Below, one piece after another: positions 1-12,307 of a stretch of DNA of 64,000 bases. Location of the stretch: contig NW_003314266.1 of the NCBI RefSeq assembly GCF_000143415.4, positions 3,542,398 through 3,606,397 of the forward strand, read 5' to 3'. Numbering within the stretch: position 1 is the first letter of the stretch; every line of letters begins with the position of its first letter. The stretch comes from Selaginella moellendorffii. Lineage: Eukaryota; Plantae; Lycopodiophyta. A program made the position numbers and the translations under genes. The notes below the pieces were generated by a model that saw nothing but the letters and a program-made list of their open reading frames with translations, was not told the DNA's origin and ran no database searches.

Positions 1-1024
1 ACATTATTTAGATTCGCGGTATATTCTATTTCGTACGGTTTCTAGGGCATGTACGACCTCCCGCCAAATTTTCTTTAATCCTTCTAGAGGGAGTCGGGAC
101 CATATCATGTCACTCGTGCAATGCTATAGGTTGGTTATAGCTCTCCAATTATGTGTTCTTGGGCATAATGCGCGAGGGCGCTCGTTTCTCCATGCTGGCG
201 CGCGGCGCCTTTGCTCGCTATGATCGATATTTTAGGTCTAGGGCGCTGATCGGGTCGCGGCGTAGTGTAGCGAGCGAGTGGCAGTCTCAATCTCATCATC
301 TTTGATTGATTGATCGATCTTCTCTTCTTGCCCAGATTTCTCCCAGAATCTACATTTATTTGCTCGAAATATGGCCCTGGGCCCTGGCAGCGCCAATCTT
401 TCCAAGAAATCTCGCGAGGTACCGGCATTTACTCGGATCAACAGTCAAATTTCCGGCCATGGACCCCTTTCCTGTTCCGTTATAGAGCGATCGCGAGCAA
501 TGGCGCCGGGTAGGATTTCTGGAAGCTGTGATGCTGCTGGAAACACCTAATCCGAGCAGCCGAGCTGCGATTAGGTGCCGGGCAGGCGGTCTTGGCGTCG
601 ATCAACGCAGGTATGGTGTGGATCGTTTCTTTAATTGTAAGACTTGATTATTTCTCTAGCTAGGCAGTGCGTCGGGATGGATGAATGAATGGATCTGGAA
701 GCTTGTGTGTTCTTGCAGGCGGTAGCTCAAGAAAAAAAATTCTAGGCAAGAGTTTTTTTCTTCGCGTGATATGGCGACGAGACAGACGACGAGCCAGCAC
801 ATTGTGTCAGGTGCCACTTTTTCTTGTCTTGGTTACCTATCGTCGTTATCACACCTTCTTTTTAGCCTGCTCTTCTTGGTTTGCTTGTTTGATTCTGTGT
901 CTTCTAGGATGGCTAGCTATGGAGCTTTCACGAAGGCTCTCACTCACCCACTCTCGTGTGTGTTTGTGCTTGTAGGATTTTTTTGAGATAAAAGGAGAAG
1001 AGGCACAGTTGGGTCAGGGAGATC

Positions 1025-3685
1025 ATGCCCCCGTCGGCATCGAAAGCTCCAAATGCGACCGGAGCAGCGGAGGTAAGATACTCTGCTGCTAAACATTCGC
1101 CACTTACACCACCAACGGATCGAGCCAAGGGGGGCCAGCAGCAACATCACAGGCATCCTTTTCTTCTGCCCCAGCGGCAGCAGCAGCAGCGCCAGTCTAG
1201 CTTTTCCCTGGGCTGCATTTTTGATAATCCGGTAGCGTTTGAAGACTCTTCGTCGGGTAGAAGGAAAATTGACTACACCGGCATCTCTAGTGAAGCCAGA
1301 ATGGACATGCTCGAGTGCCAGATCAAAAGCGTGGACGCTTGGAACGGTGTGACGAGAGCGCCGGACTTGGTTTCCACGGCACAGCAGCAGAGGGAGCTTA
1401 GGATGAAGATGAAGATGAAGATCCAAGCGCAGCAGCGTGAAGCCAAAAGGTGGAAACGGGATGGTGTGGGGGCTTCTCTTCATAAACAGGCAGCGGAGGT
1501 GGAAGACGCGAGCTATGATCCGGCGAGACCAGTGGCGATCCAGACTTGTAGGCGGAAGTTGTGCCTCGATGATCCGTTGACAACAGCAACGACGAATGAC
1601 AAGGCAGGCTTTGACACCCCTCTTCTGGACGACTGCGAAATCTACTCGGACATCTCGGACTCGGTCCCGGAGGATGTGGGCTTCACTGGTTTACCAGCGG
1701 CCAGATCAAGGAAGGAGGAGCGGAACACATCCGGGTTTTGCACGCCAGTTCGTGACGCTCTACAGTCGCGTGCTTGCTCGCCGATTAGTGACGATGGGAC
1801 TGCCTCTTTGAGATCACTAAATGCTCTAGACAATTCCATTGAAGCAGGCTGCTGTGGCATTGAGCTTGAGGATATTGGCACCGACACTTCGAGAAGGGAA
1901 AGCTTTCGGTCCTTGAAAGCTTGTGCCACTGCCCGAGAGGGGCCTTACTTCGTCTATCCAGGTTGGTCCATGTGGAGTAGGGAGCACTCGTACAGGTCCC
2001 TGACACAGGATAGTCCGCTCTCCAAGAATTCTTGCGCCCCGTCGATAAAAAACCTCCCGGGAGTCAAGACGCTGAGGGCGTCCCTCCGGCAGCACCTTGC
2101 AGCGGCAGCAGCGGGACAACGTCACATATCTTCTGGATCCGTGAAGAGATCTTCTAGCACCAACACCAGATCGTCGACAGTCTCAGAGAGTACCTCTATA
2201 AGAAAATCACGGAGGGGAGCGTCTACAGCAAACGTTGCTTCGAAATGTGGGAAGTTTACTGTTGTTGAAGAGGCCAGAGTGCCACTGTTGAAGCCACAGA
2301 GGACGGTGAGAAAGCACTTTTCTCCGAGAAAGCACTGGGAGCCGGTCACGTTTTTCAGGAAGGGGTTGAAGTCCCTGGCCTCGAAGGGATTCCCGCACGA
2401 TGGCTTCAGCTTCCCGTCGGTATTCCCGCTTCCAGGATGCGGCCTTCCTCGGCTCGATCAGAGCCACCTCATGAAGCCAAAGAGGTTACTCTCCGAGAAG
2501 CGACGAAGCCTGCTAGAGAAGATCCAAGACTCCAAAAACCTGGACACGACCACCTCTTTCACGGGCTACCTCCAGTGCATCCTCCGGCATGGCCTCACGA
2601 GCTACAGCTTCTGGATGGACGAACTTGACGAGGTACTCGTGGCGCGGCTAGAACAGGGAGATCGTCGAGACAAGTGCTTCTCGTTTTATACATGCAAAGG
2701 CAAGGACAAATCCGGGTGGCGGCACTGGCAGAAGATCCGGAAGCGAGTCGTCAACTTTATCGGGACGATGAGCTTCTCCTGCTGCATATACACGGAAGTC
2801 GACCTCAAAGGCGAGGTCATGCATTTCATGGACTCGGAGTTTTCACTTTTTGACGAGAGGCAACCAGCAAGCACTACTCCCCACCGGCGGACGCACCACT
2901 CCAAGTCAAGAGTTGCGTCATACTTGAAAGCTCTCCTGGGAAGCCCGTGGGAAGGTGGCGAGCACAGCGACGCAGGGATGAAGCCCAGGAAGGAGCTCGC
3001 AGCGATGGTGATCCGGGTGCCGCTGGAAGTGAGAAAGGCCAGCGTCACGGTTTCATGCCATCACGAGAAGTTTGCGCTGGAGAAGACGTCGTCCACGACC
3101 ACGACGTGGAGCAGCATTGTGGGGGCCAAAGGCGAGAGCATTCACGTCGTACTACCAACAGGGGATCACGGCAATCCCACTTACGGTCTGGAAGGTCCTC
3201 GGCCCCTCGTGGAGCGATGGCGGTCTGGAGGACTGTGTGACTGTGGGAGCTGGGACTTGGGCTGTGGGATGGTCACGCTCTCCAAGGACAAGGACAGCAG
3301 CAACAGAGACAACGCAAGCTCGAGCTCCTCCTTGAATCTCGTCGTCGAGGTGAGGAACTCTTTGAGATCGTTTCAAACCTCTGGAGCTCATGATTTTTGG
3401 AAAAACTTTGGACAGGGTGTGAAGCGCAAGTTCGTGACGATGAGTTTGTCCCCGTGCCGCGAAGATGGTCTCTACCGCTTGAGCTTCCAGGGGCCGCTCA
3501 TGGGACTCCAGGCATTCGCGTCGGCCGTGGCGATCCTCCACAGCAAAATCCACACTGGCGGAGAGGTGAGATATGGCAGCGCTAGCGAGACCAAGCTTCC
3601 CGTCACGCTCATCGCTCGTCGCGACAAGAGCTTGCGATCGTCGTGCCATCCAAATCCGCCAGTCTCGCCCATCGAGAGACTGTGA
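1025..3685 (+). CDS. DUF3527-domain protein (plant-specific, unknown function); probable in-frame 66-nt intron at 3350-3415
   Basis: 886-aa ORF with DUF3527 motifs ELAAMVI, VVLPTGDHG, LVERWRSGGLCDCGSWDLGC, LQAFASAVAILH and the terminal PNPPVSPIERL. GAG|GTGAGG...GGACAG|GG defines an in-frame intron. Upstream GT-AG 5'UTR introns are likely (611-718, 811-975). Confidence 0.85.
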   Translation: MPPSASKAPNATGAAEVRYSAAKHSPLTPPTDRAKGGQQQHHRHPFLLPQRQQQQRQSSFSLGCIFDNPVAFEDSSSGRRKIDYTGISSEARMDMLECQIKSVDAWNGVTRAPDLVSTAQQQRELRMKMKMKIQAQQREAKRWKRDGVGASLHKQAAEVEDASYDPARPVAIQTCRRKLCLDDPLTTATTNDKAGFDTPLLDDCEIYSDISDSVPEDVGFTGLPAARSRKEERNTSGFCTPVRDALQSRACSPISDDGTASLRSLNALDNSIEAGCCGIELEDIGTDTSRRESFRSLKACATAREGPYFVYPGWSMWSREHSYRSLTQDSPLSKNSCAPSIKNLPGVKTLRASLRQHLAAAAAGQRHISSGSVKRSSSTNTRSSTVSESTSIRKSRRGASTANVASKCGKFTVVEEARVPLLKPQRTVRKHFSPRKHWEPVTFFRKGLKSLASKGFPHDGFSFPSVFPLPGCGLPRLDQSHLMKPKRLLSEKRRSLLEKIQDSKNLDTTTSFTGYLQCILRHGLTSYSFWMDELDEVLVARLEQGDRRDKCFSFYTCKGKDKSGWRHWQKIRKRVVNFIGTMSFSCCIYTEVDLKGEVMHFMDSEFSLFDERQPASTTPHRRTHHSKSRVASYLKALLGSPWEGGEHSDAGMKPRKELAAMVIRVPLEVRKASVTVSCHHEKFALEKTSSTTTTWSSIVGAKGESIHVVLPTGDHGNPTYGLEGPRPLVERWRSGGLCDCGSWDLGCGMVTLSKDKDSSNRDNASSSSSLNLVVEVRNSLRSFQTSGAHDFWKNFGQGVKRKFVTMSLSPCREDGLYRLSFQGPLMGLQAFASAVAILHSKIHTGGEVRYGSASETKLPVTLIARRDKSLRSSCHPNPPVSPIERL

Positions 3686-3738
3686 GCGCGCGCGAGAGAG
3701 AAATCATCCATATCACTTGTATAAAGCCATATCATTCT

Positions 3739-3870
3739 CCACGTGGCACTACTAGGCACTGCCACGTGGCTGTACTCTCATACTTCCATTAGGCGGTAAA
3801 GGGCTTTACATGCCGCCACATGGCAACGTCGTGTCAGGTTGGCACTTGGTAGATTCCACTTGCCACGTTA
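3739..3870 (+). promoter_or_regulatory. ABRE/G-box cluster upstream of caleosin
   Basis: CCACGTGGC at 3739, palindromic GCCACGTGGC at 3761, GCCACGT at 3862. Confidence 0.6.
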
Positions 3871-4014
3871 CATGGCTGCATGCTCTTCCATTCACAAGAA
3901 GCTTCTCGTTAGCCCTATGCTTTTCTTATACTTTTGCGGGTTCTTCGTTCTCCCTCGCATTTTTCTCTCCTCTCTTTTTCTTTTGTTCTTGCAGATTTTT
4001 TGGAGCACGCAGCG

Positions 4015-5015
4015 ATGGCTATGGAGGCTCGCAAGCGCGAGGCGTTGGAGACAACTGCTGATGGAGCGCCTGTGACCAAAGAGCACAGGGTGGAGGCCAA
4101 AGACTACGATAGAATTCCCAAGCCCCGTGAGTTTTTCTTGAGTTTTCGTGCTCTGTAGAGGAGGTTGTTATCTTTTATTCTTGGTTTTAATTCCAGATGT
4201 TCCAAGAGCTTTGTTCGCTGTAGACAATGACCATCCGCTGGGATCCCCCGACCACGATCACTCTGGATTGTCTGTGCTGCAGCAGCATGTCGCCTTCTTT
4301 GATCGCAACAAGGATGGGATTGTTTATCCTTGGGAGACTTTTCAAGGTCTGTGCGACGATGTTTTCTTGTCTCATCGAAAATTTCTAAGTTTTCTGCCTT
4401 GATGTCCAGGCTTTCGAGCCATCGGATTCAACTTCGTGTTGGCGTTCATTGGCATGCTTTTCATCAACGGATCCATGAGCTATGCAACTCTCGAGGTTGG
4501 AATTTTTAGTTTTAATGGGTTGATATTGTGTTTTTTTCTAGAGCTGGATTCCGTCGCCCTTGTTTCCCATTTACATAAAGAACATTCACAAGGCAATGCA
4601 TGGTAGTGACACTGGAATATACGACCATGAGGGACGGTAAGAAATTCTTGCGCTACTTATCAGACCATGGATCTTCACACTTGATACACAGCTTTGTTCC
4701 TGCAAACTTTGAGCAACTCTTCGACAAGTATGCTACACACGCTGATAGAATGTCATACAAGGAGATCATTGCGATGACTCAAGGCCAAAGAGATGCGTTT
4801 GACCTGTTTGGATGGTAAGAGATTTCGGTCTGTTATCAGTTAAGAGTTGTGATCGTTGTTTCCTTAGGACTGCCAATAAGTTAGAGTGGACTGCTACATA
4901 TTGGATTCTTGGAGAGAAGGGCTACATGTCTAAAGATGCTATCAGGGCAGTCTACGATGGGAGTGTTTTCGAATATCTTGAGAAACAACACAAGCATCAA
5001 CAGAAGTTGCAGTGA
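4015..5015 (+). CDS. Caleosin / peroxygenase (6 exons)
   Basis: The spliced product contains [23 protein letters not shown] (EF-hand), a hydrophobic segment plus PSPLFP proline knot, [11 protein letters not shown] and [12 protein letters not shown]. Introns are GT-AG, e.g. 4127-4196. Confidence 0.93.
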
Positions 5016-6472
5016 ATAGTATTAAAATGTCTTTTTGGTTTTTCTATTTTTATTAAATTTTAAATAGAAAAAGTTGGACATTATAAAAGCTTTTATCATT
5101 TAAAAAAAAAAATTGGAACTAAAATATATATATTTATATGCAGAAATTATAATTATGTAAGTGCTTAGAATATAGAAATGGAATATAAAAATGTGTATAT
5201 TAATTAGCTAAAAACCCTGATCCAGAGTGAAATTAATTTAATGGCACTACATTAATATTAGTATATGGCATTATAGCCATATACTTAGACTTCACATCAA
5301 CCCCTTCTCTTAGAATGATGACAAGTAGTTAAAGTTTTTCTGAAGGAATATTAAAAGGAGGCATTAATGGATCTGTAGATGGTATCAATTATTATTAATC
5401 CCTTTGTATGAAATATTTCAACCATTGCACAATTTTTGAAGGATTGGCTTGTTAAATATCACACCAAACTTTATTAAATTTGCAGTCTAACTTTTTGCAA
5501 TATTTGATATAGTCCCTTCCATTGAGCAAAAAGCCCTTCAAACAAATCACATATATAAAATTAGGAAAACGAATTAACACTAAATCATTTATTTTGTACT
5601 TTGTACGTGGATGATGATGGAAGTTATAATGTTGTTGTTGTCTTATTTGTATGCAACCTAAGTATTCAGCAAACTTTACTCAAATCAATAGAAGAATGAT
5701 CCCAAGACTTAACATTGGTAATTCATGGCAATTGCGACTCAACTCCATTGATAGTATTAGATCATGACTATATAAGAGTTTATATGATGAAGCATCAACA
5801 AAATTTTGCATGTTATATACCAAAGAGACAGTAAATAATCATTTCAATCCGAATGTTGAAAGTTCATATACTTTGCAATCATTCTTTTGAAGATCCAAAC
5901 AAGCCATTCCACTAAACCATATGACTGTGGATGATAACCATTTATGAAAGTGTGGTGTATCCCTAATTGAGATATTAAAACATGAAATACCTTATCCATA
6001 AATGCAAGACTGTTATCTGAAAGAATTTTCTTTAGACAAGAATACTGAAACACCACTTGATTGATGAGGAAGTATTCAACAGTGGTTGTAGATATATTAG
6101 CAAGAGCTTCGACTTCCACCTAATGAGTCAAATAATTAGAAGCAATAATAATATACTCATTGTTAGCTGTCGATTGTGTTAAAAGGCCCTATTAGATCAA
6201 ACACTACTAACTTAAATAGATAGGAAATTGTAATTGATTTTAGCCATCTTTTGCAGCATGAGAGGGAGTATTATGAATTTGGCACTAAATGCAACTACAT
6301 ACATATTGGATAATAACATTGCATTTCTGGCTAATAAAAACACTTGTGTAGCTTCTTGGTCACACAATAATGCCCTATATGCCTGAATAAAATAGGAGAA
6401 TTAGGGTAAACATGGAGAAAACATAGAATAAAGATCGAAGGCATCATTAGCTATAAATGATTATTAGAATCC

Positions 6473-8236
6473 TATAAGTGACTAAATTTTTCCATTCTAC
6501 TTTAGTCACTTAACCACACCTCTAACCACTTAGAGGAGTCTCATTCACAACCTCCATAAATCCCACTCAGGACTTGGGGCTTGTTAGCCTCGAGAATGGC
6601 ATCCATGTCACTCAACCTTTGCACTTGGTCTCAGTGCTCCACGTGTCCGGTCCCATGACCGACACCCCAAAGCACCACCAATGTACCAGTCTGTTACGCT
6701 AGACCATGCCCAATCACCTTGGTCACATCGGTGGTACAACACCACCTGCATTGCAATCTCGTCTCTCCAAGACTGGGCCATCCGTCCATAAGTGGTCATC
6801 CCAGATCCACTCTTTAGCATCCTTAAGATGCCCACAGACATGGGGAATAGCCTTCCCTAATATCTCCTTTCTGGTCCCCACTAAGTCCCTTTCTGTCCTT
6901 GGCCATGTTTGCCAACACTGCTATTGGATTAGAGCCCACAGGCCCGACCACTAAGTCCCACGGTCCTCTAGGACTTCCTCACCGCACGACTATATCCTTG
7001 GTCATTACACCAGAGGACTACTCCTCTTCCTACAACATTTCGGAACATTGTGGCCTTACGCAAGCCTCGTGGGTACTCTCCTCGCCTTCTACCTTTGGGT
7101 GCTCTAGCCATAGGCTTAGAGCGAGGTTCCGTTGAGCCACACCAGGTATCCAAGTAGGTAGTGCCACCCACACTTGGACTGGGAGTATCGGCCAGTCGAT
7201 CTCCCAGGGGAACTAGAGCCGGCTCTTGAACACTTCACCAAACTACCTTGCTTGTCGGTCCGTATTCACTCTAGTCTTAGACTTCCTAGTGGTCAGTTCA
7301 TCACCCAACACTAGGTCTGGCCTTCCTGGGCCAAACTGGCCTTTCCTAGCCAAACTAGCTCCACTACAGTCCTCCCCCTTACTATACTTTTGGAGCTCAC
7401 GAAACCCCCTAGGGTCTGGGAGACGAATGCTTTGGGCTTTCACCCTCTCAGACTCGAACTCGGACTCGGACTCAGACTTAGACTTGGACTTGGACTCGGA
7501 CTCAAGCTCGGGCTCGGACTCGGCCTCGGCCTCGGTCTCGGTCCCAGTCTTGGTCTCGGTCTCGGTCTCGGTCTTGGTCTCGGTCCCGGTCTCAGTCCCG
7601 GTCTCGGTCTCGACCTCGGACTCCATCTTGGGTCCTTCTTGGACTCCATCTCGGATTCCATCTTGGGTCCATCTCAGACTCCATCTCGGACTCCGTCTCG
7701 GACTCCATCTTGGACTCTATCTCAGGTCCATCTCGGATTCCATCTCGGGTCCATCTCGGTCCATCTCGGACTCCACCTCGGACTCCAACTCGGGTCCATC
7801 TTAGACTCCATCTCGAACTCCATCTCGAACTCCATCTCGGATTCCATCTCGGTCCATCTCGGTCCCCATCTTGGACTCCACCTCGGACTCCAACTCGGGT
7901 CCATCTCGGACTCCACCTCGAACTCCAACTTGGGTCCATCTCGGACTCCATCTCGGACTCCACCTCAGACTTTAACTTGGGTCCATCTTGGACTCCATCT
8001 CGGACACTTCCACATGTCATATGTTGGTCCATTTGGGTCCCTTTTTGGAGCCGTATTTATTGCTCGCTTCATGCTCGTTCCTTGAGCATTGCGTTGGGAG
8101 TTCCACTCCCGCTCTCAACCTTTCAAGTCGAAGGTTTTTAATCCAAACGTATTACGCTCGTTTGGCTTTTGCTTCGGCCACTACCACGTGGCACCCTTTC
8201 GGCTCCTCTTTGGGGCTTAGGGATTTGTGTCTCACA
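6473..8236. mobile_element. ~1.76-kb solo-LTR-like insertion nested in the decayed gypsy pol
   Basis: Interrupts the host sequence, which resumes exactly after it. Termini are TATAAG...CTCACA (decayed TGTGAG...CTCACA). Flanks AATCC/GATCC form a 5-bp TSD with one transition. Confidence 0.7.
7450..8005. repeat. GC-rich minisatellite (GACTCG and GTCTCG hexamers, then CCATCTCGGACT-type 11/12-mers)
   Basis: Tandem units are directly visible. They generate spurious low-complexity ORFs in several frames. Confidence 0.95.
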
Positions 8237-10952
8237 GATCCATCCCCACAAAATAAAGAAGGTCATCCTTAATGTGATATTAAGTATGTAAATGCCGAAA
8301 TGACAAATCATAAGCAAGTGATGTAAAATTCTTAAACCCATTGTGAAGACTTTAGATCCATAGCTCAACGTTTTAAGCCTTACAAACTTCATCAATAGAA
8401 GGTAAATCTTGTTTTGCACCTTGTGGACACTAAACATCAAATACAACAACCATAGAATCGTCGTCTAAAAATCCATAGATGCTAAAATAACAAACTCATT
8501 AGAAACATGAAAAGAGAGTGAAGAAGGAAGAAGAGCTCGAAAAAAGGTGTCAATATTAACCATAGGATTCTCTGGGCATTGAAAATTGTATATCTAAAGC
8601 TTCAAAGCCTATCAAGCAGTATGACCAGTTAAGTTCTTTCATTTTAATAATGAAGTAACTACAGCATAATTATTTTCTAATAATATTTAAGAACCATATA
8701 AATAAATATGAAGTTTTTCAAAACCCCAAACTACTACGAAACACTCTTTTTTGTTGTGAAGTAATTCACCTCTACCAGTTATAATGTATGGCTGATGTAT
8801 GCAATAGGATGGCACTGATTAAGCATATTTGAGCTCTCTTACATCAATATACCTCCAAAATTGATATTAGAAGCATCCATATGCAAAATAAAAAATTAAG
8901 TGTAGTTAGGATATGCCAAAACTAAAGGAGTTGTCAATAGCTCTTTGAGATATTTAAACGCTCGCTCACAATTTACAGACCAAGTGAAAGACGATGTTAA
9001 CAACTTTAACAATGGTTGCAATACTGTAGTATGATAAAAAAAGATGACCAATGAAACGACTAAGATATTACACTTTGTCTAAGAAGTGTTGCACATATCA
9101 TTCACATATTTTGGAGTAGAGAATTTAAGAAAAGTCATAGGTTTATCAGAATTAACTTACAAACCTTCACAAGAAATATTACACCCAAGATAAGTGGTGT
9201 CTTTGGACCCAAATACACACTTTGATCACTTCAACTTTTAACTAACTTCTCACAGCTGATTCAACATTTTACAAATATCATGAATGTGTTCCTCCCATGT
9301 CCCCTCTAAGTGGATCAAAACATCATTAACGAAGTCAGAAATCACCTCTGCCATATTACAAAGAACCTCGTCTATCATCCATTAGAAAGTTGTTAGAGCA
9401 TTGTTTAAATAGCATCACCAAGAATTCATACAAACCAATGGTATATGAAAAGCAGTATTAGAAATATCTTCTTTAGCCATTAGCACTTGCCAATACCCAG
9501 AAGCAAGATCTAACTTGGTGAACTAATAACTTCTTCTCAGGTGATCCAAGAAATTAGTAGTGTGAGGAAAAAGGTACATATCCGAGATTGTCACTTTGTT
9601 TAACCGACGATAGCTGATGGAGAAATGAATACTCCCATTAGGCTTTGTCACAAGATAGGGTTTATAGGCCTAAGGACTTCATGACTTTCGAATAACACCT
9701 TTTTCCAACATCTCTTTAATGTTTGTATGTAAAATCTTGATTAATTTTAGTAACCGACGATAAATAGAAACCTTGATTGGACAAGAATCCTCAATTGGAA
9801 TAAGATGACGTATTACAATCTTGGCACCAGACAATACATCAAATTCAAAGAGATCGACATACTCCTTTATAAATTAGTCAACCATTATAACACAAAGACA
9901 ACATAAGAGAAAGTAATAAGGAAGCAAAAGTGATGGAGGCAAAAGTGATGGAAGCAAAGGTAAAAGTAGAAGGACAAAGAGGAATAAAAGTGAGAGGAAT
10001 GGAAGAAATATAAAAAAGTATGAGATAAGGGGGAGAAACTTTAAAAGCACATTTAGCATAATTGCATTGTAACCAATCTATACCAAGGATGAAGTTAAAA
10101 ACTTAACTCGGCACAACCCACAATAACTATAATATAAGTTTGAGATTGCCCACACACACAATTAAGTTTGCATCATCTAATGCATATGTGTGTGTACGAT
10201 CATTGCTATAAAGAATGAAAACTAACTCTACCACACAACATAAATATAGATGGCAATGTATGGCAACAAACTAAGCAATAGAGGATAAAGTTGAGCTTGT
10301 ATCAACTAATATGGAGAGAATAATAAGAAACTTCTTATTATAAAACAAGCTTGGAAAATAAACACTACACAAATTAGTGCCAAGTGAACCCTTAATGATA
10401 CTCTCGAAAGAAAAATGGAGGGGTTATTAACTTATTTGAAGGACCTTCTGCTACTAGTGTGACTCTTCATTTCCAAGAAGCACCCTAGTGTCTAGACCTT
10501 CTACTGCAACAACATTAATAGGACATTATTGACACCAAAGTCTCCACCCAAGAAATGAAGATTGCTAATTTACAAAACGCCAACAACGCCTATAAGTGTG
10601 ACCAACTTCATCATACACCCAATAGTAGACATTATAGCCATGATTATATCGATGCCCTTATCCTAAAACTTAGACAGCAATAGCATCAACCTCTATTGGA
10701 ACAAGACTATCTCTTATAGGAAGTAGAGCGGAAGGACATGCAGCAAGAATTGGAAGAGGTAATGTCTTATAACATTGTGTCAAGCAAAGAATATTATCAA
10801 GTGTAGCTAAAACAAGTGTATGCATAAGTTTTATAAGATCTTGATGAAATGCTAGCCACAACATTCCCAACTTGATCCGCTTTGATATATTTACCTCCAC
10901 ACAAAACAAGAGGTTTCAGAAACAAATGTGAAATTGCATTACTAACTCAAAT

Positions 10953-11114
10953 TGTAATGCACTCTATTTCTCTCCCATGAAATTAACTAAAAAATGAGCA
11001 ATTATTTAGTGAGAGAGTCCTTAATGGCTAATTTATTCCCATTTATCCCCTAAAGTTCCAAGGATTTACGGTGACAGTATATCCAAATTTCATCCTATAA
11101 TCACATGTGTTACA
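10953..11114. mobile_element. 162-bp solo-LTR/TRIM-like element, copy 1
   Basis: TGTAATGCA...TGTGTTACA termini and flanks CAAAT/TAAAT. Interrupts the decayed gag. Similar to 11370-11545. Confidence 0.8.
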
Positions 11115-11369
11115 TAAATGGCCCTAGACGAAGACAATGCAACTATTGGAAAGCATCATCACAATCGCCAACATGTCCAAATATACATTTGAAGACATCC
11201 AGGAGAATGCTCCAATCCTCATAAATAGCTATGCTTAAACTATTGTACCATTGTAGCATTGTCCTTTAGAGACATATGGGAAACTCACTCAAACGTTAAA
11301 CATTATCCCAAGAATGATATGTGGCAATCATTGTAAAGTGATAAAACCAATGGTACACATCATCCCTAG

Positions 11370-11545
11370 TGTAGCGCATCTTATCTCTCTCCCCTTATCT
11401 CTCTCCCCTTAAACTAACTAGAAAAGGGGCAATTGCTTGATGAGAGAGCCCTTAGTGGCTATTTTATCCCCATTTATCCCCCAAAGTTCTAAGGATTCAC
11501 AGTGATAGTATATCAAAATCTCATACCATGATCACATGCGCTACA
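11370..11545. mobile_element. 176-bp solo-LTR/TRIM-like element, copy 2
   Basis: Perfect 10-bp inverted termini TGTAGCGCAT...ATGCGCTACA and a perfect 5-bp TSD CCTAG. Confidence 0.85.
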
Positions 11546-12307
11546 CCTAGGATGAGCTCTAGTCAGACACAAGGATTAACACCAAGAGCAAGAGGAGTTA
11601 TACCATATGCTATATATACCACCATCAATTGAGTTTGATTATTTAATTGTAACCACATAGCATCAAACAACTTGCACCAGTTGTTACTCTAAAATCAAAG
11701 GAAGAAAAAGCTACTGCTTTGCCATGAAGATGAATAAAAAGAAAAGTCAAAAAAGAAAATTTTGAGAAAATTATAAGGAAAAGGAGATTTAGATGATGCA
11801 AAAGCTAGATCTAAACCAAAATCCCAAATTTAAACATTCTTTAGAAACAATCAAAGCTGCCCATCACCTCCACTAATGTGAGTGCATGGAATATAAAAAT
11901 GAAATACAGAAATGTGTATACCAAATAACCCAAAAACCCTAATTTATATACAAGAGTAAGTGGTCTAAATTGAAACCAATTCAACAGCTATTAAAATCCT
12001 AATATGCTAATATTAGTATATGGCATTGTAGTCATACAGTTTTGGATCTAAGTGATATTACCAAAATTATTTATTAATATTTAATTATATACATAGATAA
12101 ATTTATTAATTATCATATTAATAAAAATATTTTATAGATTTTAGTGTATAATCTTGTAATAAATACTAATATATGGAGTTGCCCAACTATTTGGGCCGTC
12201 AGATCTAACTAATGGCAGCTATTCAATGGTTTATTTGTCAAAGGGTTATTTTTTTAACCACATCTTAGCAAGTAATTGTGTTGATGTTTGTGTAAGCTCC
12301 TGAGTTT

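Larger units (their letters stand above)
5156..12050 (-). mobile_element. Decayed Ty3/gypsy LTR retrotransposon (same family as 31789-36795) with three nested insertions
   Basis: LTR remnants at 5156-5296 and 11877-~12050 align to the 174-bp LTRs of the intact copy. There is a PPT after 5296 and a PBS remnant near 11857-11876. Integrase, RNaseH, RT, protease and gag remnants are colinear with the intact copy but AT-enriched and full of stops. Confidence 0.9.

Noticed and set aside
7450-8005. Possible CRISPR-like array
   Set aside because: Contiguous tandem units with no unique spacers, in eukaryotic DNA with no cas genes.
7226-8141. Multiple long ORFs on both strands (SD/ET/LG/PR-rich)
   Set aside because: By-products of the stop-poor minisatellite; no domain content.
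10953-11545. A single TRIM with two LTRs and a 255-bp internal region
   Set aside because: The intervening DNA is host gag sequence and each copy has its own TSD.
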